From NCBI GenBank assembly GCA_036172245.1, contig JAYWIR010000002.1, forward strand, positions 1,860,001 to 1,924,000: a DNA stretch of 64,000 nt, given 5' to 3'. The notes below the pieces were generated by a model that ran no database searches, was not told where the DNA came from, and saw nothing but the letters and a program-made list of their open reading frames with translations. Position 1 is the stretch's first letter; each line of letters starts with the position of its first letter. Shown piece by piece: positions 61,386-64,000 of the stretch. The position numbers and the translations under genes are program-made. Source of the stretch: Raillietiella orientalis (lineage: Eukaryota).

Positions 61386-64000
61386 CCCCCTCCCGACCCA
61401 GCTCGTCCTTCCCGAACGAATTCCCGAGGCTTTCCGCCCGCGAGAGGCTGTGTCCGGAGCCGATAGCGTCTTCGCGCCGTCTCCTTGGAAACGGCGGGAG
61501 CTCCTCCCTCCCTTCGCGTGCCTCTCTCGCGCGCGCGCTTCGTCGGTCGCAAAGAGAGGGCGCTTCCCTCTTCCTCCCTCCCCCGCCGCCCCCCTCCCTT
61601 CTACCGCCCGGAGTGGGCCGCCGCCCCCGACGGACGCGCGAAAACCGCGGCGTCCCCTTCGCCGCCGCCACGCGCTCACTGCCCCGCCGGCGACAGGCGG
61701 AAGGCGGGGGCGGGTGAAAAAGGGGGAAGGGGGAGGGGCGAGGAGGAGGGAGGAAGAGGGAAGCGCCGCCGCCGCGGAAAGACGGACGGGCAACCCGCCG
61801 CGCGCGCGGAAGCGGCCCGCTGGCAGCGGTCAGCCGCTCTTCCCCTGGAAGGGCGGAGGTGGCAGGGGAACGATTTCCTTAGGATCGTCCCGGTCGCGCG
61901 TCCGGGACACCCCTCCGCTCGTCCGCACAAGGAAGGGGAGCCCCGCTGATAGGGATGAGGGCGCCGGGAGGAGGAGCGGGAAGCGTGGGGCGGGACGGAC
62001 CTTTCCTTCCCTTCGAGCGCGACGAGGGAAGAGGAAGGGAGCGAGGAGGGGGAAACCCGTCCTTCCTGGGACGTCCGCTGCGTACCCGGAAGCGCCGTCA
62101 TCTCCCGGATTTCCGCTCCTCACCGACAGGGGAGGGGGTCACAGGCGGCTCCTCCCATCCTGTTCTTTCCTGCCCTAGAGATTCTTTCTCCCCCCCCCCC
62201 CATCTCGGTGCACCCGCCGACAGCAGCGCCACCAGCGAGCTCCCTAAAATCACTTGGCCTGCCCCCCTACCCCGCCCTCGCGCGGGCTCCTTCTGGCCTC
62301 GGTTTCGCTCAGGTTGCTGCACTCCTCCCTGCTTCCCTGGGGTACCAGCCCCTCACGAGAGAACCCTTCCCCATGAGAACGTGACAGGGGGAAGAGGAAA
62401 AGTGACTGGGAGGGGACCTCCCTCCCCACCCCGAAGGGGTGCGGAGCTCGCGCGCGTGAGGCTTCCCCCGCGGAGTCGACACCGCGAGCGGGCGGCGGCT
62501 GCCGTCCTCGTCGGGGCGGGAAGTCGCAGTCCGGAAGAGCGGAAGGGAAAGCCGGCAACGCGTCTCCGGGAATTCTCCCTCCTCCTCCTCCCTCCCCCTC
62601 CTTCCTGCGCGCGTCTCAGGGCGTGCAACAAGCGCTTCCGGGTGGAGTTGACCTCCGGGAACAGGAAAAACGGAAGAGTTCCGGGAACGAAAGCGGAACG
62701 CTTCCGGGAGCGGGACGAGAGGACCCGAGATCCGTGGGTCGCTCGGCCGCCTCTCCCACCGCTGCTAGCTCAAGGACCGGAAGATCCTCCCGACGGGCCA
62801 CACAGGCGACAGGGGCAGGGGAGGGCCGAGAAGGAAGAAAGAAAGACCTGCCGGCTTCCCCCTTCCCACCTTCCTCACTCGGAGGCTGCCGTGGTCGTGC
62901 CACTGCGCCTCGCGGCTACAGGACGGCGCAGAGGTGCGGCAGTGGGGAGGGAGGGACAAGAGCAAGGTGTTCCTCCTCTCTCGGCCTCCCCCCCTTCTTC
63001 GTGAGTCCTAGGACTCCCCTTCACCCTCGTGTCCCCCTCTCCCTCCCTCGCCTCCGGGTGACTCCCACCCCGTTTCTTTCCAGGAGGGTCCAGGGGTCCA
63101 GGGGGAGATCCGCAGTCAGGGCCGGTCCTCACTTGCCCGCGCTTTGCGGGAGGAGCTGTCCACAAAGGGAGGGAGGGAGGTCGCCGCAACCTCAGCGTCG
63201 TCGCTCCCCCCTCTCTCTCTTCCTGCCCGATCCCCCTCCAAGGTCCCTGCCTCCATGCTTCCTTCGGCGGGGCTTCCCCGGCGCCTTTCGGCCCCCCAGC
63301 CGCCCCGAAATGAGGCCGTCGCTGCCGGCGCCGGCCGCGCTCGCCTCCTCGTCGCGATAGCAACCGGAAGGGACTCCTCACCCCGCTCTTCCGCCACTCC
63401 CCCTCCTCCTCACTCCTCTGCTCCGTTCCACCCGCAGAGCTTCTCCTCTACGCGGAGAGCGACTTCTGTGGGGAACTGACGGGGGGACCGGGAGGAGATA
63501 ATGGGTGTGGTGGAGACTCTCGGGCGGCTTCGTTTCCTGCTGGGTGAAGGGGGTCGAGGGGGGAGGCAACGGAGCCAGTTGCCGCTTGAGGCGGAGTAAG
63601 GAGGAAGGAGTGGATGGGTTTCCAGGGAAGCGCCGGAGGCGGCAGGCTGTCCACCCACCACCCAACATTCCGTGAGGCTGAGCCCTCTCCCTGGAAGAAC
63701 GGCCCTCCCTCCTTAGATGGGATTCCCCCCGTTCTCCGGAAGTGGAGCGGACCCTCCTCAGAGGGGAGCTACGTCAGGGGCAAGCGAATGGGGAGGGAGC
63801 GGCTCACTCTGCTCGAGTACGGAGAAAAAAGGGGTTGGGACCTGGGGGCTTTCTTGGGGGAGGGAAAGGGGACACACACGGGGCGATCAAGCCCTGAAGC
63901 GACCAACCAGGAGAATGGTGGGCCCTCTCGCACGCTTCCCTACGCCTGCTCTGGGGTTCCCCGACGGGGGAGGGGGAGGGGTGCTAATCCTCAAGAGAGC
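59840..64000. other. GC/CpG-rich, purine/pyrimidine-skewed low-complexity island
   Basis: Dense CpG and many G- and C-runs; overlapping ORFs in all frames with no recognisable domain. Confidence 0.6.
61338..61381. repeat. (CT)n microsatellite
   Basis: Seen directly. Confidence 0.95.

Noticed and set aside
59870-63480. Long overlapping ORFs (321-384 aa) on both strands
   Set aside because: Expected from stop-poor GC-rich low-complexity DNA; R/G/P-rich, no domains, run through homopolymers.
1-64000. Prokaryotic systems or a non-standard genetic code
   Set aside because: Both recognised genes are spliceosomal-intron genes that translate cleanly with the standard code.

Overview
Eukaryotic (animal, probably invertebrate) genomic DNA with two multi-exon genes in convergent orientation. 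(1) Plus strand, 282-32034: the 3' part of VPS13D, hand-assembled as 37 GT-AG exons (9068 nt, one continuous frame, about 3020 aa) with UBA, VAB/SHR-BD, ricin-B-lectin-like, ATG2_C/VPS13_C and terminal PH-like regions. The N-terminus lies upstream of the window. (2) Minus strand, 56154-48943: a complete 7-exon TET-family 5-methylcytosine dioxygenase (1135 aa) with a CXXC zinc finger. This TET is the most notable feature. Its catalytic domain is naturally minimal (about 420 aa; the several-hundred-residue low-complexity insert is reduced to 34 aa). It keeps the Fe/2-OG/Zn ligands but has substitutions in the DNA-reading loop, and its exon clusters lie in sharply CpG-depleted patches inside otherwise CpG-rich DNA. 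Between the genes are a YY1/CRE/CCAAT promoter-like cluster at about 43.4 kb, unresolved exon-like segments, a 339-codon stop-free AT-rich frame and decayed LINE/SINE relics. The right end is a GC/CpG-rich island with microsatellites. All identifications rest on motif recognition by eye; no database searches were run.
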